A stretch of 64,000 bases of DNA, from assembly GCA_030704615.1 (NCBI GenBank), contig CM060733.1, positions 42,718,001-42,782,000 of the forward strand, read 5' to 3'. Shown here piece by piece: positions 37,240 through 48,632 of the stretch (its first letter is position 1; each line of letters opens with the position of its first letter). Below the pieces are notes generated by a model. The model did not search any database. It had not been told where the DNA came from and was given only the letters and a program-made list of their open reading frames with translations. The position numbers and the translations under genes were made by a program. The DNA is from Takakia lepidozioides. Its lineage: Eukaryota; Plantae; Bryophyta.

Positions 37240-38200
37240 CGGATGAAGGCATTTGCCTTCTGGACTTGTTTGCGGATCAGCACCGGATTGGCTGCTGTGC
37301 TACAGGCAGGTGTACGAGTTCGACGTTACTTGTATGTGGAGAAGGAATGAGACTGCACGACGCGTCTCACTACGCCATGTTGCTCGGATGCTGCACGCAG
37401 TAACCCTGAGTTGTTGCCGTGTCGCATTTCGTGGATATCAGCAGGCCTTGCTAGCAGACATTGCGTTGCTGGGGCGCAGGATTTGGAGCGGGTTGGCTCC
37501 ATTGATCTGGTAGTGGCAGGTTGGCCCTGCCAAGGGCATTCATCAGCCGGGCATGGCAATGGATTGCTAGACTCGAGGACGTGTTTGTTTTGGGATGGTG
37601 CGGATTTTGCGCCACTTGCAACTTCATCAGCTGTATCCCGGCATACATCTTGGAGAATGTGCCGCTGATGGGTGATTCTTCGGGCCATGGTGATGGCCAG
37701 TGTGCATCAAGTCCGGTCGTGGCTTGGGTCAGCAGTGTTGCTGGATGCAGCTGCAGTGGGGTCACGGGCTCATCGTCCACGACATGGTGGACTAACTTGA
37801 TGCCACCCGCACTGCTCAAGCGTGCATTTGATGGGGTGCAACGGCCAGCACACCTCACCGTGGATGGCATTTTGGACACAGGAAGGCAGTCTCAACGTGT
37901 GAGACACGATGACCGTTCGCCTTTGGCAGTGGTCAACAGGGTGGGTCAACCACGAGCAGCATTACCTACCCTGCTCAGCTTCCCAGGATCCCATGCTTTC
38001 GGGATGGTGGACCTGGCCTCCTGTGGGATGCTCAGTTACAGCAGTTAGTGGAGCCTAATGCCGACGAGCGAGAGCGGGCTATGGGGTTTTCCACTGGGAC
38101 CACGGCGGTGCCTTCTCTTTCTGAGGCATCACGTCGTCAGGTGTTGGGGCAAGCAATGGATCTCAATTGCTTGACCTGGATTGTCAGCTTGCTATGGCTG
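37240..38200 (+). pseudogene. C5-cytosine DNA methyltransferase domain (DNMT3-like motifs) within element C pol, frameshifted
   Basis: Motif I LLDLFA(G)ISTG (~37257); IV DLVVAGWPCQG (~37504-37536); VI YILENVP (~37644); VIII SRAHRPR.WWTNL (~37762); IX ERERAMGF (~38066); X RRQVLGQAMD (~38132), all in canonical order. Confidence 0.9.
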
Positions 38201-38559
38201 AGCAACGTAGAGTGCGGAGTGCACTTCCCTTGACGTCTCTCTGCCTACCGAGACGGTACAGGCAGCGAGTGGGGGCGAGCCGGTGAGGACCACGGGGTGT
38301 AGACATCCATGGCACACGTGGGAGGTGCTCGAGGTTCAGAGGGAGTTGGCAGCCAAGGCAGCTGTGATGGATGAGGTTGGGGATTCTTCTCGGGTTGAGG
38401 AGGTTCTCAATGATGAGATGATGGGGCAGGATGAGGCCTTGTCATTGACTGAGCAGGAAAGGGGTACTGCTCAAGAGGTTGCAGCATAGCAACCACGGGA
38501 CGCGTCCTCTACCTCTAAGCCCACTGGACTTAAGGTTGCAGTTACGGAGGACAATTGGG

Positions 38560-39910
38560 AGCCTGACATTGGACCCATTGTCACCGGAGGAGAGAGACGA
38601 CGTATACGGCGGTTCCTGAGGGCTTACAGGAATTGCTTGCCTTCAGTTTGAAGACTTGGGAGCACTGAAGGGTCAAGAGATCCGTATTGAGTTGGCCACT
38701 GACACGCCAATCTTTCGGAGACCCTATAGATACAGTGACATGGAGAGGTCTTTGATTCAGATGAGGACTCAAGATCTCTGGGAGGCAGGTTTGGTGGAGC
38801 TCTCTGGTGGAGAGTATGCTTCAGCCACAGTGATGCCAGCTAACGTATGTGCGGTGATTACCGGCCTGTAAATCGTCAGACCAAGTCCGATAGGTATGCC
38901 ATGCCAACACCAGAGGAGATCTTTGATGTCATTGGGCATTCCAAGGTCTTTAGCACGTTGGATTTACGATCCGGATATCACCAGTTGCCGATCAAGGAGG
39001 CGGATAAGCAAAAGACGGCATTCTGGGGGATCAATGAGCACGGGAAGGATTGCCTATACCAGTGGCGTTCTTACCATTTGGGCTTAAAAACGCTCCCCGC
39101 TGATTTCAAAGAGTCATGGACAGGATCTAGCAGGGGTGGAGTTTGCTCGGTGCTACATAGATGACATCATCATCTTTAGTGCTACGGTGGAGGAGCATGA
39201 GAGACACCTTCAGGGGGTATTTGAGCGCTTAAGGACGCACGGATTGAAGTTACATCCGGGCAAGTGCAAGTTTTTCCACAACCAGATTGAGTATCTGGGT
39301 CACATGATATATCCTGGAGGATTGGGGGTACAGCAGACTAAGGTAGAGTCCATTGCACAGGTTCCACGCCCCACGGATGTGAGCCGAGTTCGAGCTTTCA
39401 TGGGTTAGCAAACTATTATAGACGGTTTGTTAAGGGATTTAGTGCCATTGCAAAGGCTCTAACCAAGCTGACCAAGGGGACCAGGAGTGGCAGTGGGAAG
39501 ATGAGCAAGAACAAGCTTTTCAAGAGCTCAAGGCGAGGTTGACCTCAGCGCCCATCTTGAGACGACCTATCAGGGGGCGTCCTTTTCAGATTGGAGCACA
39601 GGTGGATGATGAGGGGAGAGAGTTCGTAGTGGCTTATGCTAGCCGCTCGAACAATGCTGCAGAGTCTAAGTATAGCTCATATGAGGGAGAATGCTTAGCT
39701 GCAGTGTGGGCCGTGGCACACTTTAGGTGCTATCTATACGGCAATCTCTTCACCCTTGTCACGGATCACCAACCACCAAGTGGTTGATGGAGTCAGACAA
39801 GCTTACGGGGAAGCTTGCACGGTGGACACTCATCCTTCAAGAGTATGACTTTCAGGTGGTGCATCGACCGGGTTTGGTCAATCGCAATGCAGATGGGTTG
39901 AGTCGCAATC
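38560..39910 (+). pseudogene. Reverse transcriptase and RNase H of element C
   Basis: MCGDYRPVN, FSTLDLRSGYHQ, CYIDDIIIFS, YASRSNNAAESKYSSYEGECLA, TDHQP; several indels and small deletions. Confidence 0.92.
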
Positions 39911-40119
39911 CATGCACGAGCCAACAGGATGACACTGGAGCTCGGTGGCATGGTGAGACGGACGAGGAGATGGTGCCCGGATGCATGCACTGCATTTCTG
40001 TGTATCTTGGCAGGAAGGCCAGGTTGGACCTGCAACTGGGATGACTTGTGATCAAGTGTCTGGGGACCCTGAGCCAGCAATGAGCAAGGTGGCGCCAAAG
40101 ATATACATGAGGATTCAGT

Positions 40120-41536
40120 TGTGTTGGACTACCTTCGCACTGGAGACACGGCAGCCACTGTGACTGCCAAGGAGAGGGATCGGATCCTACAACGAGCCAA
40201 GAGGTTCAGGTGGGAGGGGACACACCTGCTCCGAGTGTGGGAGGATGGTCGAGTGAGGATGGTGCCTCACCCAACACAGCGGGCACGGTTAGTGCGGCAT
40301 GCCCATGAGGAGTTGGGCATTTTGGGTGTGACGCACTCATAGTCTACTGCAGGGGCAGTATTGGTGGCGTGGTATGCACACAGAGGTGCAACAATTTGTG
40401 GCTAGGTGCATGGTGTGTGACAGGGTGCGTGCTTCATTCAACGCCCCTACTCCACAATTGCACCCTCTTCCGATCATGGGATTGGGCTACAGGTGGAGTC
40501 TTGACTTCGCAGGGCCGTTGCCACTGACCATGCGCCACAACAAGTACGTGTTGGTGATGGTGGAGCACTTCTCCAAGTGGATTGAATTGGTTCCATTGCC
40601 TGATAAGGCTAGTGAGGGAGCTGCGTATGCATTCTTGGATTGTGTGCTTAGCCGATTCGGTGCTCCAGCTGAGGTACTCACGGACCAAGGGAGAGAGTTC
40701 TTGGGGGAGTTTCAGGCTTGTGTGACAAGGCCTTGATAGACCACCGCACCACTTCTCGGGATCATCCTGAGGCCGATGGCTTGGCAGAGAGAGTTGTTGT
40801 TCAGACAGTAAAGAGGGGTTTGCGCAAGTATGGCTTGCAGAAGGGACACCTAGGAGATTGGGACCTTCAGTTACCCTGGTTAGCCATGGGCTACAGGTTC
40901 AGCAAGCAAGCATCACTTGCCTCCTTCTCACCATACTTTCTTCTCTTTGGCCGAGAGCCGGATTTGCCTACATCCATTCGCAGAGAAGCTGCTACAGTTC
41001 TTACCTTGACGATCCGGACGTGTGGGCACGTGCATGTGAGCAGCGTGCAGAGTTGTTCAAGAGAGTCATGCCCATGGCTTTCGAGAACCTTGCCATTGCA
41101 CAACACCGTGATACGTTGAGGTATGCTACCATACGTGGTGGGGGCTATCGTCCTGGGGTTCGGAGATTCAACCCTGGTGACTATGTCTATCTGCAGCAGA
41201 CTGCTCCTACGACCCTGGATGTGACTGCAGGACGTGTTATTTTGAGGGTTTCGAGAGGTCTTGCCCTCAGGCGTCTTGGTCTTGGAGGGTCGGGATGGCT
41301 ATAATTTGGAAGGACCATGTGCGTAATTGTGCGCCATGTCACCTTCCGAATGTCGATGGCAGGATTGACCCAAACCTGGCAGTGGTATCTGCAGGTTTTG
41401 AATGCATGTTGTGTGGGTCCTGCAAAGGGGCAGCCACCATGCTGGTGTGTGATCGATGCTCTAGAGGTTGGCATATGGGATGCTTGACCCACCTCTTGAG
41501 ATGGTTCCGGATGGGGATTGGTTATGTCCACAATGC
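40120..41536 (+). pseudogene. Integrase of element C with a C-terminal PHD finger (41403-41536)
   Basis: HAHEELG..CMVC; WSLDFAGP; LTDQGREF; HPEADGLAER; then CMLC..MLVCDRCSRGWHMGCL..VPDGDWLCPQC (C4HC3, one frameshift). Confidence 0.9.
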
Positions 41537-43830
41537 ATTGGATAGTGGGAGTGGATACAACCATGGAAGGCTAACAAGCAACGCAAGGCCCAGCTACAGG
41601 ATACCTTGAATACATGAAGTTCTGGCTCAAGTTCACAGATTGCAAGACGGCGACTAACGATGGGGCTACTCTTGTACCCCCTCTTGGTCTATAGAATTTG
41701 AGTACAATAGGGACAGTGATAGGGGACTTAGGACGGCTGTGGCTATTACATCTTTGTACTATCTGGAGTTAGAGGGACCTATCCACAGCTAGGGGCGATT
41801 GTGCAGACTACTTTATTGTGCATATATATTGTGGTGTTTGGACAGCGATGTAGTTGTGTAGCGATATGTATGCGCACGACATCCCATTACAGAGCCTAAA
41901 GACACCCCTGGTTTCAAATCCATGATGGAATTCTTCACGGCTGTGAGCACGGATTGCAAGAGCACTCTCGGGGGGGGGGGGGGGTGGCGAGAGCCTACGA
42001 TATGATTCTCCTCGATATTCCAGATGGGGAGCTGCTAGAGGGCCTGGATGGTGTGCCCACCTGGAACAGGTTTACTGAGGACTACTGGAGAGCCGGGTTT
42101 GGGGCTGGCGGGGATGCTCCTGGATGACGGTGGATGTATTGTGGTCCTTTCCACAAGAGGGAAGACCACAGACATGCTCTGGCAAGGTGGACACCGAAAA
42201 GTGTCACCCGGTCCTCCTCAAAAAATGGTTCTGCATCAATACGCAGGGGTTGCGACAGAGGGCTAGAGTGTAAGTTATCATATCTATTGCATTCACTTCA
42301 TAATTGTGGTGTATCTGAACTAGACCCTGGAGTTGATCCCTCTTTTGTTGGATGTGCAGACGTTGGTGTTTGAGGCATATTGTTTTGTGAAGAGAGGGTC
42401 TACGTTCAAATTCTGCAACGACGGTCGTCTTGTTGATGCCGATGTGGACCCTGTTACCTCCGATTGTCCTCTACAAGAGAGGGTCTACGTTCAAATTCTG
42501 CAACGACGGTCGTCTTGTTTGATGCCGATGTGGACCCTGTTACCTCCGATGTCCTCTACAACTATGTGCCCCACTCCAGTATGCCGAAGGATACAAAGAC
42601 AGGCAAACCGTGGCGGTACAGCCGGACCCGGAGCCCTGCTTTCATCCAAACCCTCATGGAGACGTGCTCGGATGTCCAAGGGCGGATTCTTGACCTCACA
42701 TGCAATTGCAATTGCAAGCTACTAACCGCCCGCTTTGTCCCTCAGGTGCTCAATGTGGGCAGGGACGTTGTCCGACAGGCATGTCTTTGCCTTCGAGCCA
42801 GATACTGCATCGATCGAGAAGGATGCAGGGGGAGGTACAAGTTGGGATCGAGGCCGAGGAGCCCCCGGTTTACGAGTGAGTGGTCGCATTGTAAGTTGCC
42901 TCCTGATTTCGTGAGGCACCTCCCTTCGCTCTCTTATTTCATTGAAAACCTTTCTGGTTGTGCTGGTATTGACATTCTTGAAGTGGATTTGTTTCTTACT
43001 GTAGGATGTCAAGTTACTGCCGGAGGGACGTCTACACCGGAGGTTCATGGGCAGGAGAACGTGCCTTTTTTTTGCCAGGGGGGATTTCATGCCTAGTCAA
43101 GTTACTGCCGGAGGGACGTCTACACCGATCAAGTTACTGCCGGAGGGACGTCTACACCGAGAGTTCATGGGCAGGAGGACTTGCCTTTTTTTTGCCAGGG
43201 GGGATTTCATGCCTAGTCCAGAAAAGGGAGTACATCCTTCCTACTTATGCTGCCCGGCTTGCTTTGGTGTCCATTAGGAGGTGTTCCGAACCTAGTCGTG
43301 TATCAGCAGATTTTAGACGAGGCAAGCCTCAAGAAAATGAAGATGAGGGAGGAGGCAGCACTATTAGAGCCTCAGGCTCGTAGATTTGGTCTTGGATTCT
43401 GTTGAGGAAAGTGGGGGAGAGAGGCAGAAGATTCACAGTAGTGAGGTGGACAGTCCCCAAGGAGAGGACTGGACGGAATTTTTGAGAGGCATAGTGGAAT
43501 TGTGCATCCCAGAGCTTGGAGGATGGGGGTGTGAGGGGATGATGAGGAAGGTGGGCAAGTTTCCGCGGAGGGTGTAGGGGGGGGAGGTAGAGAGTAGTGC
43601 CCATTCCGGCTATGACAGTTAGGACACACTTGTATAGATGTGGCTTGCCCAAATTTGCAATAAAAATGTTGCATTCATTGCTATGACGAGTCCACTGGTG
43701 CCACATTCCAACTTCATATGACCCTATTTCCGTGCCTCCTAACCCTATTTCCGTGGGCACACAATGGTCCGCTCATGCTTTTTTTTTTTTCCCGCTCATG
43801 CTCATGCCGCTCATGAAATAGCAGCCCCCC

Positions 43831-43910
43831 AATAAAGTAGCAAAGAGTTTACAAATCCTATCCAATAAAGCGGCAAAGAGTCTACAAAACCTATCCAATA
43901 AAGCAGCTCG
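43831..43910. repeat. 33-bp tandem repeat (about 2.3 units) abutting the D1 terminus
   Basis: AATAAAG(T/C)(A/G)GCAAAGAGT(T/C)TACAAA(T/A)CCTATCC. Confidence 0.8.
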
Positions 43911-44636
43911 GAGTGAAACATACCAGGAGCAGGAGCAGGGCGCTCGTAGGAATACTTGCTTCAGGGTTGTGACAATCACATCATGTGCCAACCATTGGGG
44001 GAAAAACCTCTGGGTCCCCACCTTCACCGCTGAAACTAATAAGACCCGCATGTATAACGCCATTTCCTCATCATCAATCCCACGCAGTCTCGAGAATTTC
44101 TCCTGCCAGCTGCCTCCACCCTGCGCCATGTTGTCCAGGCTGACTGATGAAGGCCCCGGGAGAGCCACCGATGAAGTCAAACCCCAAAACCCTAAATCGC
44201 CCCCACATCCGTAGAATCACCCAGAAATCAAGTAGCACTGAGGTTGTAAAGCTCTCAGTTGCCACGCGCTTCCACCGTTTCCACGTTTGCTCGTCTCTGC
44301 TCTGAGTCCATCATCAAAGACCAGTCACACTGCTATTGCACATCTACACCACATAATTCTCTTTTTGTACTAAGCTAGAAATCAGTCTATATGGCCATGG
44401 CGTCTCTCTGTCTTCTTCGACCTTGAGTCCACTGACACGCTCACTTATTCTCTTGATCATGCACCGGTCGTTGCTAATCCAGAACTCTATAAAACGCATC
44501 GCTTCCATATCCACATCTCTTGACCGTAGTGTTCACAAAAGGCAGTACGCGATGCAATATGAGTCTCCCACGATAGGTTTAGCCAGCACCAAGCGCCATG
44601 TTTAATTTAAACTAACCGCTCTGCTTTAGCCTAAGC

Positions 44637-45454
44637 TTTTCTTTTTTTTCTTTTTCCAAACAGGGTATGGTGCCCTGATGAATTTTATTAAATAAGGGGA
44701 ACTAAGACAGATGGAGAAAAAATAACCTCCAAGAGGCCTAAAGGCGTATCTCCCGTGGAACACGCTTGTCTGGCCGGCGGGGGGGGGGGGGGGGGGGGGG
44801 GGCAGGGCTGATGCCCAAAAACGAGCAGAGATGGAAAGCTAACTACCTAGTAAGAGAACCAAGAAGCGCTTTAAAAGACAAGGAGACTGCAGCCAATATC
44901 ATAAAGAGGCAGAGAGGAGGGAACGATTAAGTCAGTCCCTGTAAAGGACCCATACAGGAACTAGCGACCATAATCTGGATGCATTTTGGATTTGGAGCTG
45001 TGAGCCTTGATGTGTTTCCAATTAATATCGAGAGCGTCAAACTCAGTTGGTGATTTGCCAAGCGCTAGGGAGTTGATCGCGCCATTCAACTCTGGAGTCA
45101 GAGAGCCTTGTGCAAAATAGGCCGTCTTTTGCCCAGGTGGTGTCGAAATCCTCAAAAAGCTCCATGCTCCTTCTTTTGCTGCACCTGCTGATAGCTGCTT
45201 GCAAAGACACCCATGCTTTACGCAATTCAGTCATTAGATCCAAAAAAAGTTTGCTTAGAATCGATCTGGTACTAGGGTGGTTTCCTTGAAATACCAAGTC
45301 GCATCTTCCCTTCCAAATGGCCCAAAGTGTAAGTGCACGAAGACAATTCCATAACTGGCTGTTGTTCCAAGCAGAGGTGCTGACAAGGGAGGGAGGGTGT
45401 TCCAAGCAGAGTAAAAGTCCGCCACGAGATGCCAAATTCTTGAAGGAAAGTGAT
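44637..45454 (-). mobile_element. L1-type LINE 3' fragment (ORF2 C-terminus, 3' UTR, A-rich tail)
   Basis: LWNCLRALTLWAIWKGRCDLVF matches the plant L1 W.IWK.RN..VF motif; the T-rich tract at 44637-44656 is the tail on the - strand. Confidence 0.75.
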
Positions 45455-46119
45455 GGGTGTGGATTTTACATGAGCGGTGAGCATGAGCATGAGCAAATAT
45501 AAGCATGAGCAGAGCATAATCCAAGGAATATTCCCAAATTTTGGCCCGCCACCACGCAATTTCCATTGCTTTTGAGGTGAAAAATATGTATGATCGCCAT
45601 CGTTGTGGCCCATAGACCGCAGATGTGGTTATCAAGATTTGGTTCGGGAGTTGCCGAACCTAAATAGTCGGTACAGACTATATGAGAAAAACATTTAATG
45701 GATAGGTAGACGGTGCCGACTATAGGCACTGCAACCTCCATCACGGGTATAGGCGCATGACAAAAATGCGCGGTAATAGGTCCGCGGTAATAGGAAATTT
45801 CGTAATAAATAGAATTTTTTTAACATGGTTAAAATCGACAAATTCGACATTCGGAACTTTGTTATTTATTTTCTGTGGAATAGTATCCAATGGCCACTTA
45901 AGGAGTAGTCGACAACGACTATAGCCATTGGAGGGGAGTAGGAAATGTTTCCGGCATCATTATTCCTGTCGTGCATGTACAAAAACAGAATACAAATGAG
46001 CCAAAGTGATGGCCTTGTCTTGTTAGGGCTACATTTCTGTTTAACAGATGACATTCCACTTTGTGGAACGACATTCGGTGACATTACCTCCACGATGGTG
46101 AGAGGCCATCTTCACACAG

Positions 46120-46716
46120 GTGAGGGCAATCCTCCAGCGCAGGAATCAGAAGAAGGTGGAGTGGTTGAGCGGTATGACAATGATGAGGGGAGAGGTGCAG
46201 AGGAACATGGGAGTGAAAGTGGACATTCGCCTGATGCCAATTTTGAGGCAGTTGGAATTCCTGCGGTGGAAAAGACGTGGGAGCAGGCCTGCCTCCCCTC
46301 AGCTGGTAAACATCACAGAATACGAAGAAGGGATGGCCGACTGCATTGCCTTCTTAGAATCCATATTGCTTTGGTGGTGTGCGTTGGATACGGAGTCAGA
46401 GTCATCCGACGAGAGTGTGGACGAGGAGGAAGCTGGGGAGTATCCTATACATGGTTTTGAAGAATTGGAGGTTGTTGAGGAAGAGGACTTCCATTGGAGT
46501 GGTGTTTGCAAGGACTCTTTTGTCAGTTCTGCTTAACAGGTTATTTTGACAACGGAAACTAAGGCAATGGACTCATGTTGTATTTGCCTTCAGTCGGCAG
46601 AACCGGGAGAAACTATACGCAAGCTCAGTGTGTGCCTGCACTCCTTCCACAGTGCATACATTGATAGTTGGGTTCAAGTGAACGGCACATGCCCCCTCTG
46701 TCGTCGTCGATTGTGA
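46120..46716 (+). pseudogene. RING-H2 E3 ligase-like pseudogene or fragment
   Basis: 46567-46716 reads MDSCCICLQSAEPGETIRKLSVCLHSFHSAYIDSWVQVNGTCPLCRRRL (one Cys replaced by Tyr); in frame with ORF 46120-46536 across a TAA. Confidence 0.8.
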
Positions 46717-47269
46717 GAAAACATGCCGAGTTGCATTTTCATGTTGAATTGTTTTGCCCGGCCTTTTGTTGAGGGCCTCTCTGTCGTCTTTACTGCTCTC
46801 CTATGTATGGAAGCTTCCCACAACCATTACAAAGTTGATGTAAAGAATATGGCTTGGGATTATCTGGCCTCGTGCTAAAGAAACATTTCATTTCCTTTGT
46901 CTCGATTGTTTCCATTTCCATTGTCTCGTTTGTCCCATGAGATGTTTCCGATTTCCGCCAACGTTCTAAGGTAACAAAGGAGAGCATTAGCTAGCGGCGA
47001 GTACAATTGGAGAAGTTCATTTGCAAGTAATGTGCTTTATGAGTATGTGCGGATGTGCCTATATATTTCGGGTATGCCTCCGTAGATACGACGTCGACTT
47101 CTCTCAATGACACATTTGCATTGTCAACATCATGCACCGAAGACCCTGTCAACCTCAATAGATAAGGATGATGTATCACAATGGAAATGTTACAGTGTGA
47201 ACGAATAAATCGGCCGCATATGCACAATGGCGAGGCCTACTACTGGGATTTTTGTTGTTATTCCAACGA

Positions 47270-48180
47270 CCCTGTCATCCCGGTTGGTGGTAGTCGGCAC
47301 CGACTACGATGAGTTGTTCTCAATTTCTATTGGCGTGGTGGAAATTTGCAACGGCTTTTCGGAAACATGCTATGTAATGAGAAATTCGCCTATAGTCGCT
47401 GCCGACTATATATTATCCAACTACATTTTTCCTTGCCCCATGTGGTGGAAGTCGGAACCGACTTCAATGTCCTCTTCTTTGTTTTTATTGAATTGGCACT
47501 GAGGGTAACGATTAACAACGATGTGATTTTCACACCTTTACTCAATGAACAAAGAAAAAACAAAAAGGCATATGAATGCCTTGGTGTGTACCACTATTTC
47601 GATTTACCCAAAGGCACGGATGTTGGTAATCGGCACCGAGTAGCAATACTTTTGCTATGTTTATGCGCGTGTGGGGAAAGTTGGCACCAATTATTCGCCA
47701 ACATCATCATACGTATTGTGAAATTATATATATATGAAAGTTTTAGGGTAACAATTAACCGCGATTTGATTTTCACACACTTTCTCCATGAATAAAGAAA
47801 CAACAAAAAGTATGTAGAGTAGAGCACTTTCATTCGGCCCTAATTGTAGTGTGGTCCACGAATTACTGTGGCTTAAGAATTACAGTGGGGCCCCTATGCA
47901 GGAAGGCCACGTGTATTGAGGAATGAGATGAGGGGGTTCAAAAAAAGAAGGGTGGAATTGGGCAAATTTAGAATAGGAACGCCTTGGTGTCTACCACTTT
48001 TTATTTACCCAAAGGCACGGATGCTGGTAGTCGGCACCGACTACCAATACTTCTCCTATGTTTTTGCGTGCTGGGAAAGTCCGCACCGATTATTCGCCAA
48101 CATCATCATACGTATTGTGAAATTATATTGTAGTCGCTGCCGACTACATGTTTTCTCCAACAATATATATGAAAGTTTGA
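47270..48180. repeat. Diverged ~150-bp segmental repeats (47575-47730, 47978-48130, weaker 47280-47420) carrying TAGTCGGCACCGACTA palindromes
   Basis: Shared TTTACCCAAAGGCACGGATG..ATTATTCGCCAACATCATCATACGTATTGTGAAATTATA. Confidence 0.75.
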
Positions 48181-48632
48181 TTATTGTACTCGAGAAAATT
48201 TGATTCCATGAGCACCAAAACCAATTAGTTTGAAACATAGTAGCTATGCTCATGTGAGCTGTTGTGAAGCCGTAAAGGTATAGAAACTTGCAGTAAGGAA
48301 AAATGGTTTATATCGTAGGCAAAAAGTACAAGTGAAGTAAACACCTCTACACATGTACAAAGTTTACGGTTACGGTATTGCCCAGCATAGTGGGCAGGGA
48401 GTCTTATGCTCCATAGGACCCCTGTCGTCAAAACAGCTGCGAGCATGGACTATCTCTATTGTGAAAGAGTAGGTAACTTCGAAAATTCTCTATGAGTAGA
48501 GCTACTGTTCCATTGGACACGGAACGTCATCTGCATACTCCATAGCTATATGGGCTAATCCCCTTGCTACAATTGTCCCCAGATGTGGACCCTCAATTTC
48601 CTCAAGACCGTTTTGTGGGGTTGTAATTTTGT

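Larger units (their letters stand above)
29458..41881 (+). mobile_element. Element C: Gypsy-type retroelement (ORF1-gag-PR-DNMT-RT-RH-IN-PHD) with TGTC..GACA ends, a 4-bp TSD (TCCC) and no LTR pair detected
   Basis: TCCC at 29454-29457 and 41882-41885. Removing the insert restores AKKRA(PI)TEPKDTPGF, matching uninterrupted D2 (AKKRAAGTEPKDTPGF). Confidence 0.9.
27524..43577 (+). pseudogene. Degraded copy of the family D ParB-methyltransferase gene (exon 1 at 27524-27703; exons 2-6 missing; exon 7 from 28716, split by element C; exons 8-10 at ~42360-43577)
   Basis: Protein matches to D2 (AKLKLQQEIP..EAEYSQ; RYCKFSLL; YDMILLDIPDG; KPWRYSRTRSPAFIQTLMETCSDVQGRILDLTC). Stop at 29263-29265, plus deletions and local duplications. 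Confidence 0.85.
26278..43830 (+). mobile_element. Family D element copy D1 (degraded; left part hidden beyond A2 and the gap; contains element C)
   Basis: Colinear in inverted orientation with 52792-~60050. Homology stops sharply at ...GCTCATGAAATAGCAGCCCCCC (43830). Confidence 0.75.
45455..48632. mobile_element. Putative diverged family D relative (D3): terminus at 45455, extends rightwards, interrupted by A3
   Basis: GGGTGTGGATTTTACATGAGCGGTGAGCATGAGCATGAGC..AAGCATGAGCAGA.CAT resembles the D2 terminus; paired CGCGGTAATAGG (D2: paired CACGGAAATAGG); LINE homology stops at this point. Confidence 0.55.

Noticed and set aside
43773-44180. 135-aa minus-strand ORF as a host gene
   Set aside because: No recognisable motif, and it runs through a 33-bp tandem repeat into the D1 terminus.
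44779-44802. Long G homopolymer (also ~41970-41984) as a functional G-quadruplex
   Set aside because: Simple homopolymers of unreliable length; the second is an expansion relative to D2.
43772-45515. Inverted CATGAGC repeats as TIRs of one MITE enclosing 43816-45468
   Set aside because: Their GGG ends face each other, so they fit better as outer termini of two separate elements (D1 and D3).
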